Below are positions 21,038-35,568 of a stretch of DNA of 64,000 bases, in pieces (position 1 is the stretch's first letter; each line of letters opens with the position of its first letter). Location: the NCBI GenBank assembly GCA_048772705.1, contig JBLWGC010000036.1:124001-188000 (forward strand). The letters are read 5' to 3'. The notes below the pieces were generated by a model. It was not told the origin of the DNA and ran no database searches. It was given only the letters and a program-made list of their open reading frames with translations. Made by a program: the position numbers and the translations under genes. The DNA comes from Leidyana gryllorum EB-2025a (Eukaryota > Protista > Apicomplexa).

Positions 21038-23043
21038 TTAGGGGGCGGTGAGATCAGTGTGATCAAGCCATTGCAAGAAAGGATCGATCGCAATCTCGAA
21101 GATTGAGCATGGAAGAGGCAAGCCATACTTTATGAGCGTTTCGGGGTGTACTACGCCCATTCTACCGATGCACTTCTCCTTAGACGACGAACCGTCAGCC
21201 CCTTCCTCAAATACCATAATGGAAACACATCTGTCAGCAAGGAATGCTCCGTCGTCGGAGCACTCAACTAGTCGATAGCGCCTGTTCCATTTGGGGCCGT
21301 CTTGACTGTAGACAGGCGAGACTTTGAGCATATGCATGACATGATCCAGGAGACCATGAATGTCTTGCAAAGAATCGCTTGTGTCAGCGATCAAGGCCGC
21401 TACATGTCGTCGATGCTTGGTTTTATTGTCCGCTGCAGGGTCCACTGCCACGACGTCGCCCACCTCGAACACTTTAATGGGAAGCATGGTATGCTGATTG
21501 CTTGCAAATGTTTTCAGGAGACCGGGAATCAAGGTGGTCCGGGCGCATTCGAACTCTTTCGTTTTCGGGTCAGACACGAGCGCAGGAGTAACGTTGATGC
21601 TGAAAGGCTCGTCTCCAGACTCCTTGTCCGACATGGCGCGTCGCAGATTGTCAAAGCAATCATCCACACTGACCAGAACGAAAGTTAGACACTCTCTCCA
21701 CCCTGCCATCGCAATGTGGCGGCGAAGCCTCTCGGACAAATTGTTAATGGACTGGAGGTGCACTGTGGGATGGGCAGATTTCACAATTCTGGAGCGAAGA
21801 TCATTTCGTGTCGAGCGTCAGTAGTACTCACTTGTTATAGCCGTAAGCTATAGCAATATCCTCAGCGATATCACACGGATGGAGAATATCTCGACGAGTG
21901 ATCGGGCATTCGATCACCAGTTTGGCTTCATCCTCCTGTGGGACCGCCCTTAAGCACATGCGGGGAAGCAGTGCCTCAATGCAGCTCTTGGTGAGGTCAG
22001 GAACGCCAATCAAGCGTTGAACGTATTCCGGGTCCACCTTAAATTTGTCGGTTCTCAGGCTGGGGTACGTCAGATCATGATGATATTCTGTCTTTCCAAG
22101 CCGAGAGGGCACTCCTGGGTGTTCTTCGTCATATATCACCCGCACAGGCTCGACCCTGACGACAAACAGTATACCAAATGGGCGACGTTGGCACTTACGT
22201 GAAAGGCTCAGCAGTTTTCCTGCTCATGAAGGCGGTGATGACATCCAGCACGATTTCCGCCTTGCGAATGTCACAGGCTGTGATGTCCACGAAGACATTG
22301 CGAGTGTCTTTTGACATCTTGCTCAACTCGCCATTGATGATGGGTGGGACCGAAGCCACCTCGTTCGCGCTATCGAGAATTACAGGGATGTTAGCACTGT
22401 CTTGTGTGATGTGGAGGTATGGCTTGAGATAAGTGTTCTCCAACAGTCTGAACATTCCCTCTCCGTCAACGCGCTCGGTCTGTGTCAGAGGGACGAAGTG
22501 GAACCCACCCTTCTGTGGCAATGCATCATAGCGAAATGGAGGCTTGAGTACGTCCAGATTGTGCGTGCCGATAGCCACCAGTGTTCGTCTGCGACATAAG
22601 TTTTGGTGGAGTTTGTCTTGGAGGTCAATGAAAGAACGGAAATCCTTCTCGTCCTTGAAGGTCACGTTGCGGAACACAGCTCCAATGACGTAAGGCCGGA
22701 GCGGATGCACGCCAGCTCCCACGTGAATGGTAACCGGATCGTCCTTCGGTTTGACCAGTCTGTAATCCGGGAATGGATGTGTTTTGGGTTCCAAGTAATG
22801 TAAGAGGGCGTCCACGATACCCTCAAGGCACAAGAGGTCATATCGGCTGGCAGCGACCTCGATCCGCATTCTCGGTTCCGCATCAGCAGCTTCCTCGACC
22901 TCCAGCCCATCATACTCCAAGCCGAAATCAAAGCATAATGCTTCCAGCGTCTCCTCAAACACATTCAAATCGAACTCATCAAGGCCAAGAGCAGACCCCA
23001 AATGGTCATACAACCGACGGGCATCAACAGTGACAGTTGGCAT
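21038..23043 (-). CDS. FARSB: Phenylalanyl-tRNA synthetase beta subunit
   Basis: MPTV, RYDLLCLEG, SFIDLQDKLHQNLCRRRTLVAIGTH, PPIIN, RRDILHPCDIAEDIAIAYGYN, RTTLIPGLLKT. Confidence 0.96.
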
Positions 23044-23070
23044 ATTGCCCTCAAAATCCAAAAATTCTAA

Positions 23071-26000
23071 CTAGGCCACACCAGGACTTTGCCTGTTCAT
23101 TTGCCGACGGAGTCTCTCGAGATCATCTGTTGGTGACTCTGGTTGGATTCGCCGTTCGACTTGTTGTAAGAAGGGCGACGATACGCCCGGCTTTCGGGAG
23201 GCTAAGACGGACGGTCGCCTCCGTGGAAGCCTGCGAGCCCTAGCTCGAGATTTGACAAACTCTTCATCACTTGGGCTCGGTCCCATCCGCTCGGTAATGA
23301 AGTAGGACGGCACCTGATTAGTCAAAACCGCCACTACCTTGTTGAAATCGAATTCGAATCGGCTGAAGGGGCAATGCGGAGTGAGGTGATTCTCCTTCAA
23401 CTTACTCGGGGAAAGCGTTCTCAACAAATTGTTTGAAACTCTCAGAGCAACTCACTCGACCGGGAGCTCCGGAAGATTCCATAGAGTTGCCAGTTAGGAC
23501 ATCCATACCCCAGAGGTCATATCGAATCGTTCCACTACCAATAATTCCTCCCACACACTCTCCGAAGTGTAGACCGATTCTCATATTCAGGCTGGGAACA
23601 TTCACTTCGTTAGCAACCACTCGAATATTGTACAGCATAGATTGCGCCATCCTGGATCACGGTGTGATACACATCAGAATCGATCTGACCAACAAACAAC
23701 GCTCTTACCTCCAGCATCGATCTGCCCCTGGGACCGGATCCACTTCTCGTGTCTCGGTACCTGGATCACTGACTGCGACATAAGCGTCTCCGATGGTGCA
23801 TAGCTTGAACAGTTTGTACTTTGTGGAATCGCGGTCGAACCGGGCGAACAGTTTCTGAAGAAGCCTGACAACTTCCGTTGCATCCACAGTCTTGGCATAA
23901 CTAGTGAAGCCAACAATGTCAGCAAACAGAAAACTCATGTTGTGGTGGTGATACGCTTCCTTGACTCTGTCATTTTGGAAATCTTCTAAGATCAGTCGGG
24001 GCACCATTTCGCCCAACAGCTCGTCTGCCCGACTTTCCGTAATATGCGACTGCTGCATGATATACCAGGTGAATCGATTGAACAATTCCTGAGACGAGTG
24101 GACTCCGTGAGTGCTTTTATACTCAAACTCACATTGACATAACAACTCAGGAACTGAAAGAAAAACATGGCGGGAAAGAGAGGCAACAAACGCTTTGAAT
24201 CGGCGTTGGGAGTGACCACCACCGTTAGAAAGACCGATATAATCGTGAGCATGAGAATGTCGATCAGTATGAGATGGTGGAACAACAGACCGCTATTGTG
24301 ATGGAGTACCACAAACACGAACGCCAGCTCTGTCGTATCGCTAAAGTATTGCCAACTGACGTGTTCAGTGGGCGTTTTACTGAATAGAAGAGGGATAAGA
24401 AACATTGGCTCACTTTCAACTTACGCATGCTCCCAACTCGGGGTTAAGACAAAGACGATCATCACCCCAATGTAGAGGAAAGATGCTATTTGAATGGCCC
24501 AAGTTGGCTTTATCAAAGATCTCGAATGTCGCGATTGCAACTCGTGGAATAAGAGCCAAGTGACGAATCCCAAAACGAGCTCGCTAGCCCGGATCCACCA
24601 ATACCCCAAGAGGAGCGCCGCATCAGTGGTAGGAATATAATACTCTGGGGTGTCTGTGTCCGGAGATTGACTCGCCCGAGAGAAAGGAGTGAACAAATCA
24701 GATAGCTCCGTGTTGAGGTCCTTCGATCTCTCGGCATAGATTCGCGCAACTGTAGTTACTCCGAGCACCAGCTACCACCAACTAGTGCTTTGAAATGGGC
24801 AAGCACTGCTCACCATGAAGATGATTAATGATGATTGAACGCCAATCAGATATACCCATTCTCGCCGACTGTTGCGAACAAAGCGCGCCTCCAGCGCTTT
24901 TTGCTTAAATGTCAAATTGAAGAACGAGAGATTCTCGGTAAACTTGACTGTTGGAGAATGGAGGAGATGGTTCAAAACCGTCCAACATACCCATGTTGAT
25001 AGCGATTGTGCCGCGCTTCGTGTCGTCGAGGGCGATCTCTGCCGTCACAGCCTCAGTTTCTGCGGCTGCCAGAGGAGTTTGGAGGGCCGAGCTGCCGACT
25101 CGTCCCATCCCAGCTTGGCTCTCCCCTTGGTGCGATAGACTAGTCACCGATCGTTAGCGAACAACAGAGTTAAGACTTACTCCACCTCAACGGTGCTGTT
25201 CACCGCGCGCTCCTGCATGTCCGAAGAAGCCATATGCTCAACTGGAGAAGGTGTGGGCGGGGGTGACGCGAAATGGAGTGGGTCGCGACTCAGCCGAGTC
25301 TCGAAGTGGGCTGGTGGTGTCCCTTTGACCATTGTCATCACCCGCGTAAGGGTCTCCAAAGACGGCCTGAGACTCTGAGGCGGGCTGAAAGAGAGGGCTG
25401 ACTCCATGCTCGGACGATGCGAAAGCAAAGGGGTGTGCAGGGCTCCCAGTGGTCTCATGGCCGCATGTCGGGGGGCATTCCGAAAGGTTGGCGAAGAGCC
25501 AGATTGGTCTTGACGAGGCTACGGAAGATTGACTCATCATTGAGATCCGATGACAATCTCACCGAAGCTTCTTCATCGGTCTCAACACTGATCGATCGAG
25601 CAGTGAGAGCAGCTTCTCGCCCAATCGTGAACTGAGGATAGTCCTCCCCCTCCACCACCTTCAGTAAGTGTGTGGTCATGAGACCTTTGCCTTTGACCTC
25701 CAACTTCCTCATTTCCCACTTGTACTTATACTCGGTACGGATGTATTGCCACCTACGCTGTGATCAACAGGTCATGGAGCTAGCAATGTCTCACGTGTCA
25801 TCACTGATGTGGATGTGATCTGCTTCGCCCGTCATCTTCATACGGCTAGCAGTGTTGACCGTATCCCCGAACAACGCGTATTGCGGTTTCTTGGCACCAA
25901 CGACACCCGATGTAACTTTACCAGTGTGCATCCCAATCTTCACTCGGAGCCGATGCGACTCGGATTTCATGATCTGAGTGCTCTCGTCCACTTCCTCGCT

Positions 26001-29000
26001 GGTTTCATGTTTCAGCTGTGCGGGTGCGTTCAGATGAGTTCCCCCTGGTCCAGGAACAGGAGGGGTGGTCGGTTTCTGTGGGCGACTGGTCATTGCGTCT
26101 GTGGGATCCGAGGTCTTGACATATCGAGCTTGTGCGACTATTCCAAGCATTCGCAACGCCATTCTGAGGATTGTGAGACACGTGTCCGCTACCGGAGAAC
26201 TCACTCCATAGCGCGCGTTACATCGCCCTGCAAGTCATTACTCTGTTGGTAGGAACCCGGTTTGATCCCGGAACAGCTCAGATAAGTCTCGAAAACCGTT
26301 TCGATCTTTGTGACATTATAGCGGGCAGCACATTTGTCGAATTCCAGGAAGAGGGCATCAAGTAGAGTCACGAGTAATTCCGGCTTGATGCAGGACACCA
26401 GATTTTGGAATTCGTATATGTCGCAGAAAATAACCGTGACAATACCAGGATCTTCTGCTTGTAGGCCTTCGGGGATCCTGAAAGCACTCACTCGTTATTT
26501 GTCGAAGAGAAGTTCACTTACCCGTCTTGGTTGAGAGGAGAGCTGAGCATCTTCTCAACCACAAACGCCGGCAGCATTTGTTTGAGCAGCTCGCGCTGCT
26601 TCCGCCTTGAAGCATCGACTTGGTGATTGAGCATGAATCGTTTGCGCAACGCGAACTCCAATCTATGCCCTGCGAACGCACAGAATGCCACTATCCCGAG
26701 AGCAAAGCTCAGAGAGAAAATCAGCGAAGCTAATGATAATCGCCATACATCTCTGGACGGACAGACATAATCCTGAATGAGGAGACCCAATGCTTACACT
26801 ATGAAGCATGCCACCAAATACATGATGTTAAGCAAAATAGCCCTGGATACAGGCGTGCGGCTGACCACCAGCGTCCATACACTAAATTGACCGATAGCAT
26901 AGACAGCGGGAGTGCTCGTGAAGTGGCTGGGGATGTAGGTGACAATGTAAATAGAGCAGAAAATCAGGTTCAGGACGTCAAAGTGTTTCCACGGCCAAGC
27001 AGACCAGCTTGTACAGAAGAAGATAACAGGTAGCGTGGCACGCGCCGCTGGGAGTACAATGTATGCAGGTTGGTTGATGCCTGCGTTCGCAGTGCCCCAT
27101 ACTTCAAGCAAACCAGTGACAATACATCCAACAAAGAAAGCCCGATAACAATTGGCAAATTGTTGTCGCTCAAGAGCATTACTCTGTCGATACTCTTCTT
27201 CCAACTGCTGATCCTTGAATGTCATCAACCGAGTGTTGATGAGTGATCGAGCTCTCGGATCTCCACCCTTCACATTCTTGTGTGTATTATCCATCACTAT
27301 CTGGGATGCCCCAGGCACGCCTCTCTGGGATCCTTCTACAGTTCTAGCTGACGATAGTCGGGATTCTCGCATAGAGTGAGGAGCTGAGGGGTCATGGAGC
27401 GATTCCAGTGATCCAGAGTTTCCGCCAATCAGCGACACCCGATCGTCGGCTTCATCCTCAGAGCTCCCAGAAGAGTCATTACTTGTGTCTTCCCAGCTCT
27501 CCAATTCGAAGAGATCTGAGCTCACCCCTCCTTCGCTGCCCATACCCTCCAAGGATGCTACAGAGACATTATCTTCGACCACAATGCCTTCCTGTACAGG
27601 CGTGTCACTCATAGAACGTCGGTGCACGGTTTTGCGTGCCTCCGATATCATCTCACGCACAACTGGTGCATTGACCTGTGAAACAGTGCTGGCCATAGTT
27701 GAAGAGCTACGGAAACGGTTTGCCTGGTCCCCGGATGTTGATCCCATAATGTCTTCCATCGGACCAACACTCCGGAGAACCAGAGTGTAGGGCATCAGTC
27801 GATGCACGAGAGAAAAGATCACCGACTCTCGAGGGAAATTGATCACCGGAACCGGTGAGATATCTGCCGGATCGCCAACACCTTCCACCGTCGCTGCCCA
27901 CGACGCTTGCCGACTGTAACGACTCAATTTCGACTGAGTCATCTCGATTGGCCGAAAGGCTTGGAGGATCAGCGTGACCCCTATTTGCAGCAAGCAAGCG
28001 ATGATTCCAACAGCAATGCAAGTCAGTAGGACCGGGATCAAGCTCAAATATGCCATCCTCTCAGGAGCCGCTACCCACATTATCATCAATCCAATGAGGA
28101 TCGGGAGTGCCGCCAAAGCTGAGGCCACCTGGACTTGTAAGTACGGAGCTACAGGTCGGAACAGCTCCTGAACTATCAATCGTAAGCCAACAACGAAAGC
28201 TAAAGTAGCCGGCATGGAGTCAGACAAGGTATTTGCAACTACGAAATGATGACATGGCAGCAACCGTAGGACTCACCCATCCCATTCGCCAATATTCCAT
28301 AGTGATTACCAAGAAAAGCGAGAGTATAGAATGTGCCCACGCTAGCCAACAAACTCTCAGCAAGGGTCACATAGAGGATTGGCAGTCTGGTCTGCCACCG
28401 GCCTCGGCTCTGTAAAAGCAGAATATTGCTGTCTCACATTCTTTCAAGCAAAGACCGAGCGCGTTCCAGCCACGTCACGCACAACGTTGCTGCCCATCGG
28501 GTGAAAATGCACACTGCTTGCAGGTCGAGGTGCGCACGGTGCTGACGCGGGAGCAAGCATGGCGCGCAAGCAGCAAAGCCCGATTGTGCAAGTCGCACTC
28601 ACGTCATGCTTGTTGCAGATTGAGTGCACAATTGAGCACACGTGCCAGCACAAGCAAGGATAATGGCGATAGTCATGCGCGCTTGCGCACAATATGGCAA
28701 TTTCGTGCAACAAAAGTTCAAGGACTGCTTACCGATGCATAGAAAGCGGCAACATACTGTGGATTCGGAGCGATCTGTGGCGATGGATATATTTGATAGG
28801 CTAGGGGCGGCAGAAGTGTCCAAAGCAAGAGGATGAGTGGAATCATTGCTTCGTGCCCGAACAGACTCTCCAGAGTGGACGATCCTAACCAGCCATACCA
28901 CAACAAGGACCAGCCCACAACACCGCTCTTATACACAACCCACAGGATGCTCCTAGTATTGCGATCCAGCACTTCGGCGCCATGAGCGCACAGCAACACA

Positions 29001-32000
29001 ACAAGTGAGTTGAGGTCAGCGACCGCCACGTCTGTATGATGTAGCAATTCTTTGAGCACGAAGTCTGATCGCGCCACGTCTTCGTCATTCCATTGTCCAA
29101 AGAGTCCGACTCCGACACTTGCAGCCCGCAACATGCTGATGTCACCTATACCATCACCGATGGCCAGAACCACCGGTTGGGGCACCAGGCATCTGCGAAC
29201 GGTGGTACAGATGATGCCTTTCTGGGCTGGGGCCAATCGATAGCAGATGACTGAATCACTATTGCAGCCCATCAGGATGAAGACGGTTTGCATCTCAATA
29301 CTGCTCAGCAATGTCGAGATCACCTTTGTGGAGAACAATGTGCACAGCTCCTTCTCCTTTGCTTGTGACCGTGCGCGGGCTCTACGGAATTTGGCGAACA
29401 GAAGAAGTAGTTCCCGTCTTATCTCTCCGCCTCCGTTGCCAGAATACTGGCCAAAGGTGGACGAGGCGCTCTTATCGACCATTCGAGCACTGCCGCTACC
29501 AGAGCCTTGAGCCAACTCTTGGGACTTCTGCTGCGACAGGTGCATATCAGCGACGCGTTTCAAGTGGATCCGTCTCCAATTCTCTCCCACATCAAAGAAG
29601 TGGGCGGTGCGTCCAACGAAGCCCGCTGTGATGGCTGCCTGCTTGACAAACTCGGCTCTATCTCCACTTAAGACCCAGAGTGCACATCCAGCCTGCTTAA
29701 GTACCGTTGAGCAGAGGGGAGCACCCGGCGCCAACTCGTCCTGCAGAAGCACAACCCCCAGGATCTTCAATTTGGTGTGCAGTCTCCGTAGGATTTTCTC
29801 GAGCCGATCACTCTTCTTCGTTATCGCAGACCGCTGATCAGCGCAGACTTTCCGGAAGTCTCGGGTTTCTGTGCGATTGAGCTGCCGGTAGGCAATGATC
29901 AGTGTTCGAAATCCTTCTCTGCTCAGAGCTCGCAACCGCCTGCGGAGCTCCTTCCGCTGTCGTGGGCGTAACTCACTCATGTTGAGTACACCTCGATCCA
30001 GTCCCTTCGCATAGAGGGTAGCGGCGTGCTCGTCTTCCTGACGACACACGACTGTTGTGACTCTTGCATCCGAGAAAGTGGAGCCGAGCAACTCGAAACG
30101 CCGGAGTTGTCCATTGATCTGAGTGAAGTATCTCAGATTTCAGAGTATCAGTGAACTTACGTCGAGATCAGCATATTCTTCCGTGCGGGATATCAGTGCA
30201 AATCCCATCCGTGCAGCCGTGCTGGCACAACATGCATCTTCCTTTTTGCGCGCCCTTAATTTCAAATACTTTACATGACTTTGATTCCATATTTCTTGAC
30301 GTGACTGACGCAAGGGGACAGCTGCAGCACCCTTCACTCCTTTGCCGACGGAGGGACCCTGAACTTCCCAAATGAGATGACTCAGGTAGGGTGGCACATT
30401 GTTTGAAGTGGATCCCGGTTGAATCACGCGGTCTTTGATGATGTTGAATGCGTTGGTGATCTGAGCTCGGGAATCTCGAGCCCGTGGCGAGAGGAGCACT
30501 GCGGCTGGATCCATCTCTGCTCCGGCGCCATCGCGTGTCGGGTGAAATGTGAGAGGCGGCATCGACATCCCAACCTTCGAATGCTCGCCGGTGGGATCAC
30601 TTGAACGAGTGAGGGGGCGTCGGGGTTGCTGAGCCGAGACATGTACCACATCCGCCCACGTTAATCCCGGGGGCATTTCTTCGCAAACAAAAACCGGAGT
30701 CGCCTGATTGCAAAGGGCTAAGGCCTGGACAGATAGAAATGTTTGTCCGAAGAGCCAACGACGAGATACTCACTCGAATGAAGTGGAGTGTAGATCGCTG
30801 GCGTCGCTCGCCCGAATGGAGGTCGGAGAATAATCGGTTGTCATGAAATGAGATTGACCGCTTCACAATGTCCTCATGCAGATCGTCTGTCGCAAAAAGT
30901 GGAGTGATCTGGCGGGGGAGGGGCAACGGGGCGGGCGGACACTCACCTCTGAATCCTCTCGGCAGCGAGAGGAATGGTGTCACATAGTGCAGGTCGATCA
31001 GACCGGGACATTGAGTCGGGAGATTGAAGCTCCTCAGATTGGGTATTCGTTGACGTTTCTCAGTCATCATTCGCCCCCGCGTTTCGCCCCGGGAATCTAA
31101 CATGGCGGCATCATCGAGACCTTCATCCTCACTGGTCTCCGAACTGCTTTGCTTAGCTTCCGTTTCGAAGGGCACCGGGGGACGCCGTATATGGACGAGC
31201 CGGCGTCTCCGCCACGGAAGACGTCCCCTTTTGATTGAGTGACGAACGATCACCGCGGATGCTCGTCGCCTTTCGGTTTCTGGCTCGCCCAACTCGAACC
31301 CTTCAGGGTCAGTTGCGAATGAAGTTTCTCTGACGGCAGGAAGTTGAGTGGTCTCCACCCGGGGCGAAGGGTCGGCTGACTGGACGACCTCATTCTCGCG
31401 GCGAGCGGAGTCCGGGAATAACTCTTTCAGGTCCATAGATCGGATGCTGCTGCGAGCCTCCAGCACTGTGCCCGCTGGTGAGACCGTCCCTGCAGAGGGG
31501 GCGTCTTCGTTTGGGGGGGGAGGGTTGGAGGAGTGTAAGACCTCCATGATTTTGCTGGTTCTCCGGGCGGCAATGTTATCGTCGAACTTGACATCAGGTA
31601 GCCGTCGATTAGTCGTGTTTCCTCGACCAGTTATCGATCTTCGTGTCTCTGCCGGTCCGGCCCCGAATTCGGCTGGAGAAATCACACCTCCACGTCGCTG
31701 ATTCTGGAACACCGGGCTCGCGAGAGACCCTTCGCCTCTGCTACGATTGGATGGGAGTTCAAACATGGTGTGCCGGCGGGGAGATATAATATCATTGTGG
31801 TCCAGAGACGTGCCTCCACTACTGTTGGGCATAGCTTCGCTGTCCTCCTTGTCAGTTTCTCCCGCCGTGCTGCCGTGGTCAGAAATACTCGGCCCAGCGG
31901 ATATGCGAGCCTCTCCAACTCGTCCATAGTCGTGCAGTCCGACCGAGCAACCAACAAACTGTAACTCTCCCGTAGTGAGTGTGCCAGTCTTATCAAACAT

Positions 32001-33657
32001 GGCTATATCCACAGTGCCGAGGTTCTCGATGGCAGCCGGGCGCGTCGCCTGTGCTTTTCGCCAGGACTGATTATAGGTGGAGTAGCTGCCAAGACGCTCG
32101 TCGCGTCCAATTTTAATGGCCTGTAGCCACCGGCTCAGATCCAGCGTTGGAATCAATGCCAGTGGGACCAGGTGGACGAATCGCAACATACTCACGAGTG
32201 CTGCAATTGTGGGGCGGTCGAGCGAGGAATCCCCCTGCAAAATCGCCCAGAACGACGAATCTGACACCCGCAGTCCGCCCAGCATGAGATCTAGCTGAAT
32301 GTGAATCGAGTGTGTGCGTGTGTGTGAGACGCCTCATGCTCCTCACCAAAACGCAGACGAACTGCAGCAGAAGCATTGCGACGGCCAATTTATTGCCAAC
32401 TTCTGCCAAGAAGCCCCTTTTTGCGGATCGATCCGGTTTCCACCTTTGGATCAGGCAATCGCGACCCACATACACGACCAGACCATTGGCGAAACGGGCT
32501 CCACTGAGTCGTGAACCCCGGATTACTATATTTTGAGGCCCGATATCGTATGCTCTCGGCAGCTCTTTCAGCTTTATGCTTCCAGTGAATGACTCCATCA
32601 TTCGTCTACTGAGACACACCCGGGGATCCGGGTGGGAACAAATCACGTGTCCATCCAATGTGGCAAGACCGTCGGGCTCAGATTTGACTGCGTCAATTAG
32701 TCATTTGGGGAGTAATTTCAGATCATTCTCACGTCGCGTTTTGTCGACGGCTGTTTTGTACTGCAGCTCAGCCGATCCGAGCCATCCAGAAAGATCAGCA
32801 TAGACAACACCTTTCTGAGGGTCCGATGTCGAGAGCAACAACATGTCAGCTGGAACCTCGTCGCCCTCCTCCAAGCGAATGATCTCTCCGACTCGCAACT
32901 GATCCCAGTCGACTGGACGGAAAGATTGCGTGGCGGAGTTGAGTGACCACACTTTGCGGCGGTTCTGCTGACGATCGTGTTGCAGTTCGCCGATCATTGA
33001 GACAAGATCTCGGACGATCTGAGGTGGTCTCTCATCTGATCTGATCGGATGAAAGTGAGCTCACCCGATAGCCGAGGACAATGAACAGCGGACCCGCGCA
33101 ATACCAGAAGGAGAATCGAACATCATTAGGGAGTGTGAAATTGACAATACTAAGTATTAAATGCCACGCAATGGGCACTTCGTAGGTATTGTTATATAAG
33201 GATTGCGGTAGAAAGTTCCACACCTGAGTGGAGCGATATACATTAGGTTCACAGCGGTTTGTGTGTGGTCCGCGTCCTTACAGTACGAGTGGAGGTGTAA
33301 ACAGCATTGTCGCGCCGTTTCTGGGTTCTAGAAGTGGGTTTGAGGTGGCTGATAGGGACCTTCCGGAGACCCAGCAGAGGCAGGCCAGCCGAGTCCGTGG
33401 GCTGACGGAGCTTGGACCCCAGCACGCTGAGTCTTGACTGCGCGACGGCAGCTGTCTGTGATTTGCGCGAGTCCACGCCCAATGCCCCCCATGTTCGGAA
33501 AGCCCGTTGACGACTTCGGCGAGATTGACGAGTGGTGCTCTGGTGGGAAGTGAGTGAGTGTGTTAGCGCGCGCGGCGTGTGTTTGTCGTACCCTTCGGCT
33601 ATAGGCGGAGGACCGCCGAGTAGGCTGCTTAGCCACGCTGGGCTCTTGTTGGCCCAT
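23071..33657 (-). CDS. Alveolate P4-ATPase / guanylyl cyclase fusion protein, multi-exon
   Basis: ATPase part: [25 protein letters not shown]. Two cyclase domains: [30 protein letters not shown] and [26 protein letters not shown], separated by transmembrane blocks. Confidence 0.93.
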
Positions 33658-33748
33658 AAGAATAGAGGAGTCTAGGAGTGATCAGGGAGCATCTAGGGTT
33701 TGAAGTGGATGTGATGAATTGATGACTATAAAGGCAAATGATTAAGGC

Positions 33749-35501
33749 TCACTCAGCAGACTGCTGCTGGCTGTTTTTCCCTCTTTTCCTTCCTACGTTC
33801 TCTGTAGCAGAAGTAGGAACGGAGTTGTCCTCATCAGACTCGGCCGCTTCTTTATTCTCTTTGTTAGCTGGAGCATCAGTGGCTTTGTCATCGTCCTTCT
33901 TGGCAGCTGCGTCCGAAGCGGTAACGAGAGGCTTCCGCGAGCGCAAGCCATAAACAACCAAACCAAGAGGAACCAGAAGCGCCGCCCCAAACATGGCGTA
34001 AGTGCTGACACTAAAACCAGATGGTGTGGAGTCCACCAAATCGGCGTCGAGCTCGGTTTGCTTCTTGGCAGCCTCAGTCTCTGCCTCCAAGTTTCGGAGC
34101 TCAGTGGCGTGTTTGTACTACAGAGTGAGACGAATGTGAGTGAGGCCGAGGCCTTGAAGGAGAAACACTTACGTTGAAAGTCTCGTCGATGAAGCGCAGG
34201 AACTCAGACTCGTCGCTGGTGATGAAAAAGTTGTCCAAGAGAGATCCCTTGTCAACAGTCCACAGCTCGAGTCCCAGAGCGTTGAAGGGCTGCAAGACGG
34301 ACAGAGGGTTCTCAACCTTCCAGTGCTTGGGGTTCGGGATCTTGCGCGGAGCCCAGGGGCCCTGGTAAGCGGGGTTCTCGATGAGGGGCGGCTCCCACTT
34401 GCCCTTGTACTCGGGGTTGGACTTGAGAGGAGGGGTCCACTTTCCACAGCCCACGTAGCACTCGGGGTTACGCATTTTGGGAGGCAGCCACTCTCCGTCC
34501 TCCTCATCGTCCCAGTCTTCGGGCTTCTCGGCGTCCGGATTCTCGATGTAAGCCGGAGCGTCTTCCTTCCAGCCCTCGGGCATAACGGCGTCCTCGTCGA
34601 CGATAAACTCGGGAGCCTCCTCGTCCCAGTCGTCGGGCTTGGTGGCCTCGGGGTCCGGGATCATCATGTCGTCCACCCAGTCGGCGGGCTTAAAATCTTC
34701 GGGGTCATCGATTTCAGCATCGTTCTGCCATCCGTTGGCACCAAACGCGGTCTGGATCTCTCCAGACGAAGACTCCTTGCCGTCCACCCACACCTTCACC
34801 TTGCCATCCTTATAAACGGCGAAACCGAACTGGTGGCTTTCTTTCCCGAATGGCAGGCGCACAGGCGGGTCGAGATGTGCCTCGTGGTACACCTCCTCCT
34901 GGGCTTCGACACTTGGCGTCGGGTACTTCAAGATGAAGTGCACTTTGCTCGTCATGTAACCACACTTGTCCGGACCGAACATGACGCTGTACAATGTGTG
35001 CTCGTCGAAGTTCGTCACGTCATTGTCGCGCACATTGTCGGTGTTAAACAACTTGAAGTAGGCCCCGCCACAATTCACGGGCGTCTCTTGCTGCACCTCG
35101 AAAGTTGCAAAGAGGTCCTCCTTCCCATTGAACTCAAAAACGCGGTTGAGCGGCTTCGCCATTCCGTGATACGCCGAATCGCTCTCCATTCTCACGCCCT
35201 TGTCGCCCACAATCCAGTCCCTATCTCTCACTGTGTGTGCCCAAACTCCCGAGAACTTCGAGCTCTGCAGTTTCTGCCAACCTTCCATATCAGCCCCTTG
35301 GAAGGTATCCAAAAACAGCGTGCTGGCGGGAGTAGGTGCGGTGGGAGTCTTCACTGGTAAACGCTCAAAGACCACCTCTGCCGGCTTCGAACCCGGAACT
35401 GGTGGTGTCTCCACTTCATCATACATACTTGGGTCCACTTCCACATGGGCTTTGACGGTCGCGGCCGCCAAACATCCCGCCAGGAACAGTCTCAGTCTCA
35501 T
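33749..35501 (-). CDS. CANX: Calnexin
   Basis: Signal peptide, CGGAYFK, MFGPDKCG, P-domain repeats (IPDPEATKPDDWDE, GKWEPPLIENP) and a C-terminal TM with charged tail. One intron at about 34172-34118. Confidence 0.95.
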
Positions 35502-35568
35502 GCTCTTGTCAATTGATAATCAAAAAAAATAGCCCTCTGGCCATTGTGTGTGTCGTTTGAGTCCCATC

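Noticed and set aside
34323-35360. 345-aa plus-strand ORF
   Set aside because: Antisense shadow of calnexin.
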